A stretch of 64,000 bases of DNA from a virus. Shown here piece by piece: positions 55,155 to 64,000 of the stretch (position 1 is its first letter; every line of letters begins with the position of its first letter). The DNA is taken from IMG/VR virus record IMGVR_UViG_3300012953_000015, positions 64,001 to 128,000 of that record; one strand, written 5' to 3'. The notes under the pieces were generated by a model. The model was given only the letters and a program-made list of their open reading frames with translations. It was not told the origin of the DNA and did no database searches. Both the position numbers and the translations under genes were made by a program.

Positions 55155-55961
55155 ATGCCTGAAGGGCCAGAATGCAGAAGGTGTGCTCTCTCCTTTGGAG
55201 ATTATGCTGGAGGCGAGAAATTAACTGAAATAAACATAATATCAGGTCGTTATCTTAAAAAGCCCCTCTCGGGTCTCAAAGATCTGAAAAGAGATTTACC
55301 CTTGATTCTACAAGGAGTAGGAGTACACGGCAAGTTTATATATGCTATCTTCGAAAATAAGTTTAACTTATGGTCAACTCTAGGAATGACCGGTGCTTGG
55401 CAAAAAGTTAAAACAGACCATTCGAGGGTTGAGTTAGTTTTTGAGAGTGGTAAAGTTATTTATTTTAACGATATGAGAAACTTTGGCACTTTAAAATATT
55501 GTAGAGATCCAAAGCTTTTAGCTTCTAAGTTAGAATCTCTCGGTCCTGACATGTTAGCTGAAGATATTGATAATAGCTCTTTTATATCTCAGATGAGAAA
55601 AAATAATCAACATAACATAACTAAAATCCTCATGGATCAATCAGTAATTTCAGGCGTTGGAAACTACATAAAAGCAGAAGCTCTCTGGTTGGCTAGGTTA
55701 AGCCCGCATAGAAAAGTTTCAGATATATCTGATTCTAGCTTGAAAATTTTAAATAAAGCGATAAAATCTGTTATGAGAGAATCATTCACATCTGGAGGAG
55801 CTACGATAAGATCTTATAAAGATTTTTTCGGAGAATCTGGAGATTACAGTAACAGGTTTATGGTTTATAATCAAAAATCAGATCCAGATGGTAATGAAGT
55901 AATTAAAGAGAAAACTCCAGATGGAAGAACTACCCACTGGGTACCAGAAATACAGAGGTAA
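55155..55961 (+). CDS. mutM: Fpg/Nei DNA glycosylase with a zincless finger
   Basis: MPEGPE, GKF, LGMTG, D.RNFG, LGPD, LMDQ..ISGVGNY; C-terminal GRTTHWVP without CxxC. Confidence 0.9.
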   Translation: MPEGPECRRCALSFGDYAGGEKLTEINIISGRYLKKPLSGLKDLKRDLPLILQGVGVHGKFIYAIFENKFNLWSTLGMTGAWQKVKTDHSRVELVFESGKVIYFNDMRNFGTLKYCRDPKLLASKLESLGPDMLAEDIDNSSFISQMRKNNQHNITKILMDQSVISGVGNYIKAEALWLARLSPHRKVSDISDSSLKILNKAIKSVMRESFTSGGATIRSYKDFFGESGDYSNRFMVYNQKSDPDGNEVIKEKTPDGRTTHWVPEIQR

Positions 55962-55963
55962 CT

Positions 55964-56185
55964 ATGAATGAATTTAGGCTTAGTGATGAAGTCATCGGTA
56001 ATGTTGCAAAGCTAGTGCAAATTGCAATTTTAACTGGAACAGATATTGTAGACAATATGAGGATGATGAAGTTGACAGATGATGGAGATGGAAACTTAAT
56101 TTTAGAAGAAAATTTTAAAGCTAGTTTTGATAGTAATATCAAAGGTATGCTAGAAGCTGCAGAAAATTCACAAGAAGAGTCTTAG
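55964..56185 (+). CDS. Hypothetical protein
   Basis: SD GAGG; LVQIAILTGTDIVD. Confidence 0.55.
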   Translation: MNEFRLSDEVIGNVAKLVQIAILTGTDIVDNMRMMKLTDDGDGNLILEENFKASFDSNIKGMLEAAENSQEES

Positions 56186-56210
56186 AAGTTTTTAATTTCC
56201 TATTTATTAC

Positions 56211-56852
56211 ATGGGAAAAAACAATCAAATAAGAACTGTAAAAAGAGAACTTAGAAGAGCGAAAGCCGATCTTGCTTCTCTTTCTGCTTATCTAGGTGAG
56301 TGCGAGGAAATTTTAATTGAATATGAAAGAGACTGGGCAAAAGTTTTGTCTGCTTTCGTTCACAAAAAAGATTCTTCGAACGATTCAAGTGGGGTAGTTG
56401 ACTCAAATAGATTTTCAGCTTCAGGGCTAAGCGATGAAGAAAATGAAGCTATAAAAAATGTTCCTGAATGGTTAAAGAAAATATTCAGAAAAATTGCTCA
56501 AAAAACACACCCGGATAAAACTAGCGATGATGTTTTAAACGAAATGTATCAAGAAGCTTTAGAATGTATAGAAAAAGAAGATATTCAAGAGATTTTCAAT
56601 ATGTGCGATATTTTAAACATCGATTATGATATAGATCCTGAATACGAACTGAAAATAAATAGAGAAAAACAAGAAAATATAAAAGGTCGGCTTTCTGAAA
56701 TAGATAAGTCTCCAGCTTGGATATGGGGCGAGTCTTATAGCAGCTTAGCTTTTAGAACAAATTTTTTAATGAGTTTGCTTCCTCATTACGGGGTGAAAAT
56801 TACAAAAGAAGAAATTGAAAAGACCGTAATTGATTTGAGTGAAAATGAATGA
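56211..56852 (+). CDS. J-domain (DnaJ-like) protein
   Basis: LKKIFRKIAQKTHPDK. Confidence 0.7.
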   Translation: MGKNNQIRTVKRELRRAKADLASLSAYLGECEEILIEYERDWAKVLSAFVHKKDSSNDSSGVVDSNRFSASGLSDEENEAIKNVPEWLKKIFRKIAQKTHPDKTSDDVLNEMYQEALECIEKEDIQEIFNMCDILNIDYDIDPEYELKINREKQENIKGRLSEIDKSPAWIWGESYSSLAFRTNFLMSLLPHYGVKITKEEIEKTVIDLSENE

Positions 56853-57747
56853 AATAGATATCTACATCCCTGTTTTTAATAATTTATTTTGCGTAGAATA
56901 TCAAATAAAAACCTTAAAAGCTTTTTGTAAGCATGATAATTTCAACATAATTATCGTCGATAATAACTTAGAGTTTCATCCAGAAAATTCTAGAAAAGTT
57001 AAAGAAATTTGCTTAGAAAATAATGTTGAATATTTTTTTAATGATGACCAAATTATTAGAAATATGAGATCTATAGAAGGCAGGTGGTCATCACTTCAAC
57101 ACGGCCAAACCTTCAATTACATTTTCGATAAAATGATAAAAAAGAGAAAACCAACTTATTTCGGTTTTTTAGATGCTGATTGCTTTGCTTCGAAGCCCTT
57201 TCATTTAGAAGAGTATCTAGACAATCTAGGCATGTACGGAAAAGTAGTTCCCACACACATTGATGAAGGGCAGCACTTGACAAAAGCCGGGAATTACGCT
57301 TGGAACATTCACGTAGTTTGTAATTTTTTTAGATTTGATTTTGTTGCTAACAAGAGTTTAAATTTTATGGCTGGAGGAGATTATTTACTTCAAAAGCTTG
57401 GGATAAGGTTAGACACCGGTGGGATGAACTATGAGGTTCTGTACAAGCATTTAGACAAAAGGGAATACATTCTCCCGGAAGAGCATTTTTATTATTACAA
57501 AGACTTATCTTTGCTTGATCCAAATTCAGATAGCCCTACTAATGTTTTATATGAGTTAATAGATAGCAATTGGTTCCACATGGTTCATTCTCCAGGCGGA
57601 GACACTCCGCACTTAAACCCAAAAGTATCTTACGCTAAAGGATTTTTAGATCACGCTATGATTTCGTACGGAGAATCAGGCGCTGATGTAAGAAAAGATT
57701 TTGTTCCAACCTATAGAGATCCAAACAGGCATTTTACTTTTAATTGA
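56845..57747 (+). CDS. Putative GT-A glycosyltransferase
   Basis: IIIVDN, S.QHG, GFLDADCF, LDTGG. Confidence 0.55.
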   Translation: MNEIDIYIPVFNNLFCVEYQIKTLKAFCKHDNFNIIIVDNNLEFHPENSRKVKEICLENNVEYFFNDDQIIRNMRSIEGRWSSLQHGQTFNYIFDKMIKKRKPTYFGFLDADCFASKPFHLEEYLDNLGMYGKVVPTHIDEGQHLTKAGNYAWNIHVVCNFFRFDFVANKSLNFMAGGDYLLQKLGIRLDTGGMNYEVLYKHLDKREYILPEEHFYYYKDLSLLDPNSDSPTNVLYELIDSNWFHMVHSPGGDTPHLNPKVSYAKGFLDHAMISYGESGADVRKDFVPTYRDPNRHFTFN

Positions 57748-57755
57748 TTAAAATC

Positions 57756-57784
57756 ATGAATTTTCACTGATATTTTGTTAAGAT
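57756..57784 (+). promoter_or_regulatory. Sigma70-like promoter
   Basis: ATGAAT-N17-TAAGAT upstream of dnaE. Confidence 0.4.
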
Positions 57785-57815
57785 TATATAGCGTCAAATA
57801 ACAAGGTGTCTTTTA

Positions 57816-60800
57816 ATGAGTTCAATAATTACCCCTCCAAAGAAATTTGTATCACTTCATTCCCACGATGGATTTAGCACTTTCGATGGCCTAGGATATC
57901 CTCAGGAACATATCGATTTCGTAATCGAGAATGGAATGGACAGTTGGTGTCTGACTAATCACGGCCACATGAACAGCTTTGCCCATGCTTTTCTTCATGC
58001 CGAAAAGATCAACAAACGTGGAGGAAACTTTAAATTTGTTCCAGGTTGCGAAATGTATGTTCATCCGGATTTAGATATATGGAATCTTGATTATGAACTA
58101 GCAAAAGCAGCAAAAAAAGGCGATAAAGAATCTATTTCTAAACTTAGGGAACAAAGAGAAAGAATCAGAACTCCTTTATTCGCTAAAGTTGACGGCGACG
58201 ATGAAACAGTCGAATTATCCACGGATCAAGGAAACCTGACTATAGAAAACGAAGAAGAATCTAAGTCAGCTAAGTTCTATGATCCAGTTAAAAGAAGACA
58301 TCATTTAGTGGTTTTACCGAAGACTTCAATTGGCCTTCAGCGCCTCTTTCAATTAGTTTCTAGAGGATACTTAGAAGGTTTTTATAGGTTTCCTAGAGTT
58401 GATTACAAAATGCTTAGAGAAGCCGCTGAAGGCGGTCATCTAATGATTTCTTCTGCGTGCTTAGGAGGACCTTTAAGCTACGAGGTTTTCAAGCATCTCC
58501 AAGAGGTGGAGTTTGATAATTTAAGCTACAAACTTCTAAATGATCCTTCAATAATGAAGAAAGTTCAAGAAGGCATATCTAACTCTTTTGATGCAATGGC
58601 TTATGCGGTCGGAACTAAGAATGTTAAACTAGAATTGCAGTTTAATAAACTTCCAGCCCAACACTTAGTCAATCGTGCTATAATGAAGTTTGCTGATGAT
58701 CATAACCTTAGAGAGCAATTGGTAGTGACTTGTGATTCTCATTATGCTCACCCTGAACACTGGCGCGAAAGAGAAATTTACAAGAAGCTTGGTTGGCTTA
58801 ACTTTAAAGACTTCGACCCAGATTCTTTACCTAAATCTAGGGAAGAATTATCTTGTGAACTTTATCCTAAGAATTCAGAACAAGTCTGGGATTCTTTTGA
58901 GAAAACAACAGAGGGCATGGATTTTTACGATCCTCAAATAATTTCAGATGCTATCAACCGGACTTATGATATAGTCCATGAAGAAATTGGAGAAATCAAT
59001 CCAGACCGAGAAATGAAGCTTCCCTCATATGTCATACCAAAGGGGAAGACAGCAAGCCGAGCTCTTTTAGATTTTTGTAAAAAAGGAATGATTGAAAGAA
59101 ATCTCCACGAAGATTCTGAATATATTGAAAGGCTTAAGGCTGAATTTACTGTCATTAAAGACAAAAACTTTGCTGAATATTTCTTGACAATGAAAGCGAT
59201 ACTAGATATCGCGCGCGAAAAAATGCTTATTGGTCCAGGTCGTGGCTCAGGTGCAGGTAGTTTAGTTAATTATGTTTTAGGAATAACTGACGTTGATCCA
59301 GTAAAGAATGGCCTCTTATTTGAAAGGTTTTTATCCCCAGAAAGAAATGAGATGCCTGACATCGATTCTGACGTTTCCGATAGAGATGAATTGATAACTC
59401 TTTTGAGGGATAATTTTGGTGAATCTAATGTAGTGCCAATTTCCAACTACAATACTTTCAAATTAAAGTCTTTAGTCAAAGATGTTTCTAGGTTTTATCG
59501 AGTTCCTTTTGAAGAGGCTAATAAGGCTTTAGCTCCTTTAGAGGTAGACGTCAAGCGTGGTAGAAAGAATGATGCTGAGTCTGACGACTCGTTTGATATC
59601 AAAATTGGAGAAGCTATAAAATATTCAGAATCTTTAAGGAATTATCTTAAGAAGTATCCTGAAATTTTTGAACCTCTAAAAGTTTTGTTTAAGCAGAACA
59701 AAGCGCTAGGAAGACACGCAGGTGGCGTGATTATTTCTGAAAGAATCGCGGAAAGAATGCCGATCATTCTAGCTCGTGGAGAACCACAAACTCCATGGGT
59801 CGAAGGGATGAATTACAAGCACTTAGAAGAGTTCGGTTGGATTAAGTTTGATTTGCTTGGTTTAGAAACATTAAGAATTATAGAAAAAACTATCAACCTT
59901 ATCTTAACTAAGCAGGGAGCAGAAAACCCAAGCTTCTCTCAAATAAAAGAATGGTTTGATAGAAACATGTCTACGAACACTATTGATTTTAACGATCAAA
60001 AAGTTTATAAAAATGTTTATCACGCCGGTAAGTGGGCTGCAATCTTCCAATGTACTCAAAGAGGTGCTCAAGCCCTTTTCAAACGCGCAAAGCCAGAATC
60101 TATAGTTGATATAGCTACCTTGACGTCTATATACCGTCCTGGTCCTCTAAGCGCAAAAGTTGATAAGCTTTATATTGGAGCAAAGAAAAATCCTGAATCT
60201 GTTGTTTATGGTCATCCGCTCATCAAAGAGTGTTTAGAAGAGACTTATGGATGTATCATCTTTCAAGAGCAAGTCATGAACCTGTGTCATGTCGTTGCTG
60301 GCATTCCAAAAGACGAATGCAACGCGATGAGAAAGATGATGAAGCCAGTAGGTTCAGGTAACGAAAATATAGACAAAGCTAGAGCTCTAAAGGAAAAGTT
60401 CATTTCAGGTTCTATCGCCAATGGCGTTGAAAAGCATGTTGCTGAAGACTTATACGAAAAGATTCTATATTTTGCTGGTTATGGTTTTAATAAGTCTCAT
60501 GCTGTTTCTTATGCTATCAACTCTTATTATTGCGCATGGCTAATGACTTACTACGAGCAAGAGTGGATCACAGCTTATTTAGAAGCTGTTTCTTCTAACC
60601 CTAATAAACTTTCTAAAGCTTTAAGCGAAGTCAAAAAGATGGGATATACAACAACTAAAGTTGATATTAACAAGGCTGGAAAAAACTGGACAGCTGTTAG
60701 TGAAAAAGTTTTGATGCCGTCTTTCTTTTCTTGCAAAGGTATTGGCGAAGCTGCGATAGAAGAGATACTATCCAATAGACCATATACAAGCATCGATAAT

Positions 60801-61406
60801 TTGCTCTGGCATGAAGACGGAAAATGGAAGCATTCTAAACTTAACAAAAAGACTTTGGAATCTCTTTTGAAAATTAGAGCTTTGGACTCTCTTGATTGGC
60901 AAAATTACTTTCAATCTTACAAACAGTTCTTTGACTGTGTAAGTGAAAACTGGCCGGCCTTAAGAAAGAGCACAAAAAAGAATCCGTATCAGGGCAAAGA
61001 TAATCTCTTAGAGTTGATATTGGATTATCCAGAAGATGATTGGAACATTAAGGAAAATATGGAGTTTGAGGAATCTCTGCTAGGAACTATAAACATTAAT
61101 AACTTGATTCCAGCTAAACTCTCTGAAAGGTTTGAGAAATTAGAAATTCAACCAATGGAAGAATGGAACTCAAAAAACCTTTATTGGTTTGTTGCTGTCA
61201 AGGTTAACAAAAAGAAGACTAAGAATGGCAAGCCTTATTTCTTACTAGATGCTTTAGGATCTAATGGGGAGAAAAACAGAATGTTCTGTTGGGGCACTAA
61301 GGAAGATTCTGTTCTAAACCCATATTCTCTTTGTGTTGCTGAGTTAGATAAATCTGATTTTGGATTTTCTACTACTTTTAGAAAAGTCAAAGTGTTTGAG
61401 GTATAA
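57816..61406 (+). CDS. dnaE: DNA polymerase III alpha subunit
   Basis: PHP SLHSH..FS..DG, TNHG, DSHY; GPGRGSGAGSLV; PDIDSD; HAGGV; KFDLLGL; YGFNKSHA. Confidence 0.96.
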   Translation: MSSIITPPKKFVSLHSHDGFSTFDGLGYPQEHIDFVIENGMDSWCLTNHGHMNSFAHAFLHAEKINKRGGNFKFVPGCEMYVHPDLDIWNLDYELAKAAKKGDKESISKLREQRERIRTPLFAKVDGDDETVELSTDQGNLTIENEEESKSAKFYDPVKRRHHLVVLPKTSIGLQRLFQLVSRGYLEGFYRFPRVDYKMLREAAEGGHLMISSACLGGPLSYEVFKHLQEVEFDNLSYKLLNDPSIMKKVQEGISNSFDAMAYAVGTKNVKLELQFNKLPAQHLVNRAIMKFADDHNLREQLVVTCDSHYAHPEHWREREIYKKLGWLNFKDFDPDSLPKSREELSCELYPKNSEQVWDSFEKTTEGMDFYDPQIISDAINRTYDIVHEEIGEINPDREMKLPSYVIPKGKTASRALLDFCKKGMIERNLHEDSEYIERLKAEFTVIKDKNFAEYFLTMKAILDIAREKMLIGPGRGSGAGSLVNYVLGITDVDPVKNGLLFERFLSPERNEMPDIDSDVSDRDELITLLRDNFGESNVVPISNYNTFKLKSLVKDVSRFYRVPFEEANKALAPLEVDVKRGRKNDAESDDSFDIKIGEAIKYSESLRNYLKKYPEIFEPLKVLFKQNKALGRHAGGVIISERIAERMPIILARGEPQTPWVEGMNYKHLEEFGWIKFDLLGLETLRIIEKTINLILTKQGAENPSFSQIKEWFDRNMSTNTIDFNDQKVYKNVYHAGKWAAIFQCTQRGAQALFKRAKPESIVDIATLTSIYRPGPLSAKVDKLYIGAKKNPESVVYGHPLIKECLEETYGCIIFQEQVMNLCHVVAGIPKDECNAMRKMMKPVGSGNENIDKARALKEKFISGSIANGVEKHVAEDLYEKILYFAGYGFNKSHAVSYAINSYYCAWLMTYYEQEWITAYLEAVSSNPNKLSKALSEVKKMGYTTTKVDINKAGKNWTAVSEKVLMPSFFSCKGIGEAAIEEILSNRPYTSIDNLLWHEDGKWKHSKLNKKTLESLLKIRALDSLDWQNYFQSYKQFFDCVSENWPALRKSTKKNPYQGKDNLLELILDYPEDDWNIKENMEFEESLLGTININNLIPAKLSERFEKLEIQPMEEWNSKNLYWFVAVKVNKKKTKNGKPYFLLDALGSNGEKNRMFCWGTKEDSVLNPYSLCVAELDKSDFGFSTTFRKVKVFEV

Positions 61407-61412
61407 TATATC

Positions 61413-62234
61413 ATGAAAAAATTTAACTCTATGAACGAACTTTTAGTTCACTACTGCGAAACGCTTCTTTCTGCAAAAGAAGTTTCTGCAAGAAATTCTA
61501 AACAGAAAGAAATTATTTTTGAAAATTTTGAACTAACTAACCCTGCTAACATTGAAATAAGCTTAACGGGAAGAAAATTTAATAAAAACTACGCAATAGC
61601 GGAATGGCTATGGTACATTTCTGCTAACCCATCTTCTAGAAATATTGGAAAATTAGCTAAGATTTGGAATATCATTTCAGACAACAATCAAGAAGTTGAA
61701 TCTAACTACGGCGTTTATTTAAAACCGCAGTGGAATTGGGTTAAGAATGAAATTATCAAAGATTTAGACACCCGACGTGCTACTTTCGTAATCAATCAAC
61801 CACATCATAAGTACAAAAACTCAAGTGATTATCCGTGCACTCAGTATATACAATTTTTTGTTAGAGAAAACAAGCTTCATATTGGCATAAACATGAGATC
61901 TAATGATTTAATCTATGGATTGTGTAATGATGTTTTTACTTTTTCTTTATTCCAACAAATGATGTTGAACGAATTAAATCAATCTGGGTTGAATTTAGAG
62001 CTTGGTAGCTACTTTCATTTTGCCGGAAGTTTACACATTTATGAGCATCACTACGAAATGGCAAAAAATATCTGTAATTCTATTGACAAACCAATAAATT
62101 CTTGTAGATTAAATCAGGCAATAAATTGGTGTTTTATTGATGAAAATTTTCCATTCCCTGTTGCAGATATTGAAAAAAACGAAATATACGAATATGTTGA
62201 AAGACATTCAGGAGAAATTTTTAATAATGGATGA
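61413..62234 (+). CDS. Thymidylate synthase superfamily protein, dCMP hydroxymethylase-type
   Basis: DTRRA, PCT..IQF, MRSNDLIYGLCND, GSLHIY; Asp rather than Asn at the base-specificity position. Confidence 0.75.
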   Translation: MKKFNSMNELLVHYCETLLSAKEVSARNSKQKEIIFENFELTNPANIEISLTGRKFNKNYAIAEWLWYISANPSSRNIGKLAKIWNIISDNNQEVESNYGVYLKPQWNWVKNEIIKDLDTRRATFVINQPHHKYKNSSDYPCTQYIQFFVRENKLHIGINMRSNDLIYGLCNDVFTFSLFQQMMLNELNQSGLNLELGSYFHFAGSLHIYEHHYEMAKNICNSIDKPINSCRLNQAINWCFIDENFPFPVADIEKNEIYEYVERHSGEIFNNG

Positions 62235-62505
62235 AAGAAGTATACTCGAGCGCGCTAATGAAATTGTGAATCAACGCTCAGAAGAGAAAGAAAGAGAATA
62301 TGGCCCTTTTAGCGAAGGTATGAAAAGGGCTGCTAGCATAGCGTCTGGAATGACTGGTAAAGACTTTACTGCTCACGATATGTACGTTGCTTTAGTATCC
62401 TTGAAGCTCAGTCGCCAAAGTTATCATTTTAAGGATGATAATTTGTTAGATGCAGTCGCTTATTTGGGAGCTTGGCATAACTACATTAAGGAAGGTGGGC
62501 AATGA
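62227..62505 (+). CDS. Small all-alpha phage protein (DUF6378-like, possible dNTP pyrophosphatase)
   Basis: SIL..A..IV..R...YG, LKLSR, DN..D..AY. Confidence 0.55.
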   Translation: MDERSILERANEIVNQRSEEKEREYGPFSEGMKRAASIASGMTGKDFTAHDMYVALVSLKLSRQSYHFKDDNLLDAVAYLGAWHNYIKEGGQ

Positions 62506-62939
62506 AAATTTCTAAAGTTAGAGACGTGAAAACCCCCACACGTGGAACTGATAAGTCTGCCGGTATAGATTTTTTTGTTCCTGATGATTTTGAGGAAACT
62601 CCTCTTTCTCCTGGTCAAAGCGCCTGTATACCTAGCGGTATCAAAGCTAACGTACCTGAAGGATATGCTCTAGTTGTTTTCAATAAGAGTGGAGTTGCTT
62701 TAAAAAGAAATCTTTCTGTTGGTGCTTGCGTAATAGATGAAGATTATCAAGGCGAAATACATCTCCATGTTTATAATTTTGGTAATAAGGTAGAAACAGT
62801 TTCTAGCGGAGAAAAACTAGTTCAAATGATTCTTTTGCCAGTGTTTTACGACGTATTAGATGTGGTAGATGTTCAAGATTTGTTTTCTGAAGAAACTTCT
62901 AGAGGAGAAGGTGGTTTTGGAAGTACGGGAGTTTCGTAA
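62502..62939 (+). CDS. dut: Trimeric dUTPase
   Basis: SAGIDF, KSGVA, VIDEDYQGEI, KLVQ, RGEGGFGSTG. Confidence 0.93.
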   Translation: MKISKVRDVKTPTRGTDKSAGIDFFVPDDFEETPLSPGQSACIPSGIKANVPEGYALVVFNKSGVALKRNLSVGACVIDEDYQGEIHLHVYNFGNKVETVSSGEKLVQMILLPVFYDVLDVVDVQDLFSEETSRGEGGFGSTGVS

Positions 62940-64000
62940 TGGTAGAGACTAGAACTTTAGTTGTAGATGTCGACGACACTATTTCTACCCATGTTAATCG
63001 TGATTACGAAAACGCAATCCCGCACACGAAAATTATAAATAAGATAAACAAAATGTACGATTCAGGTTGGAAGATTGTATATTTTACAGCGCGCGGACAA
63101 GTTTCTTGTAACGGGGATTTAGAACTAATTAATCAGCTTAGAAGGCCGGTTCTTGAATCTTGGATGGAGAAGCATGGAGTGAAGTATCACGAGCTAATGT
63201 TTGGAAAACCTATAGGTGTCTATTACATCGATGATAAAGCGATGCGTCCTGAAGAATTTATGGACTTGGAATATGAAGTTTTGAAAGGCGGCTCCGGAGG
63301 ATCTATAGAGAAAGTTGGCGATCGGATTATTAAAAAAGCTAATAACGCTAAAGACCAATTTCGGTGGTATAAGTCGGCCGCTAGTTTATGCCACGTTCCT
63401 AAAATTAACACCTATTACGGTGATACTTTAGATATGGAATACCTTGAAGGATCTAATTTAAACGACGTTTGTGCTAAGGAACACATAGATTATTTAGTCG
63501 ATTTGTTGACGAGGTTTAGTGATATAAAAGTTTCTAATAATAGCTGGCAAACCATGATAGATAGAGTTAAAGATCACATCTCTTTAAACGCTGTAAGAAA
63601 TGAAAGAGAAATTATAAAACTTTTAGAAAGTCAGCAAGTTAGAGATTTTATGGATAGTCAAGCTAGTTTTTCACACGGCGATCTTACATTAGAAAACTGC
63701 ATCCTTATGGATGATAAGGTCTATCTTATAGATCCTAATTGCCCCGACAACATTTACAGTTCTTGGGTAATGGATATCGGAAAACTGTATCAATCTTTGC
63801 ATTATTCTTATGAAGAGAATTTCTCTGGATTCAAAACAAACGTTGATAAAGAAGAGCTTTTCGGTCATTTATATAGAAAATTTAACGAGAATTTTTCTAG
63901 ATATTTTTTACTTTGTGAAATGATTCACTACATTCGAATGATTAAATACAAGCCAGATGATCAAAAAAGTCTTGTAAGGAAAAGAATTCAAGACATTTTT
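62939..64000 (+). CDS. HAD phosphatase fused to an APH/choline-kinase-like domain (runs off the window end; absent from the ORF track)
   Basis: Manual translation: MVETRTLVVDVDDTI...FTARG...GKP..YYIDDKA, then LKGGSG...MEYLEG...HGDLTLEN...LIDPN. Confidence 0.8.
   Translation, partial: MVETRTLVVDVDDTISTHVNRDYENAIPHTKIINKINKMYDSGWKIVYFTARGQVSCNGDLELINQLRRPVLESWMEKHGVKYHELMFGKPIGVYYIDDKAMRPEEFMDLEYEVLKGGSGGSIEKVGDRIIKKANNAKDQFRWYKSAASLCHVPKINTYYGDTLDMEYLEGSNLNDVCAKEHIDYLVDLLTRFSDIKVSNNSWQTMIDRVKDHISLNAVRNEREIIKLLESQQVRDFMDSQASFSHGDLTLENCILMDDKVYLIDPNCPDNIYSSWVMDIGKLYQSLHYSYEENFSGFKTNVDKEELFGHLYRKFNENFSRYFLLCEMIHYIRMIKYKPDDQKSLVRKRIQDIF

Noticed and set aside
153-63411. Many minus-strand and nested alternative-frame ORFs in the track (for example 153-686, 21499-22206, 30922-31491)
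   Set aside because: Shadows of long + strand genes with biased codon use; no motifs or RBS, and they overlap well-supported CDSs.
1-64000. Stop-codon reassignment, inteins or introns, tRNAs, integrase or transposase
   Set aside because: Genes are intact in code 11 and end in TAA, TAG and TGA. DnaE, NrdJ, RecA and the helicase show no intein motifs. No tRNA or mobile-element signature was seen by eye (tRNAscan not run).

Overview
This 64 kb window comes from a large, T4-like contractile-tailed (myovirus, probably jumbo) bacteriophage. All real genes lie on the + strand and read in standard code 11. 1-32.7 kb is the virion module: acidic scaffold, gp23-type major capsid protein, a zeta-toxin-like P-loop protein, three paralogous decoration/fibre proteins, neck proteins, two tandem tail sheath genes, tube, a tail chaperone with a likely +1 frameshift, tape measure and baseplate. 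32.7-43 kb is replication/recombination: a minimal family-A polymerase, a catalytically dead DnaQ-like protein, gp32 SSB, RecA/UvsX, 5'-3' exonuclease, gp41/DnaB helicase, NrdJ and ClpP. 44-55 kb is a dense nucleotide-sugar/glycan island that includes an unusual stand-alone PurF-type PRTase cassette and a split HldE. 55-64 kb holds Fpg, a J-domain protein, DnaE, a dCMP-type thymidylate-synthase homologue, dUTPase and a HAD-kinase fusion. The most striking non-coding signal is a 75-nt 5' leader present twice (5237-5311, 5976-6050). The copies align without gaps and show 9 fully compensatory base-pair changes, defining a double-pseudoknot RNA that starts at the predicted late transcription start and pairs over the start codon. 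Annotations are from motif recognition by eye; no database searches were run.
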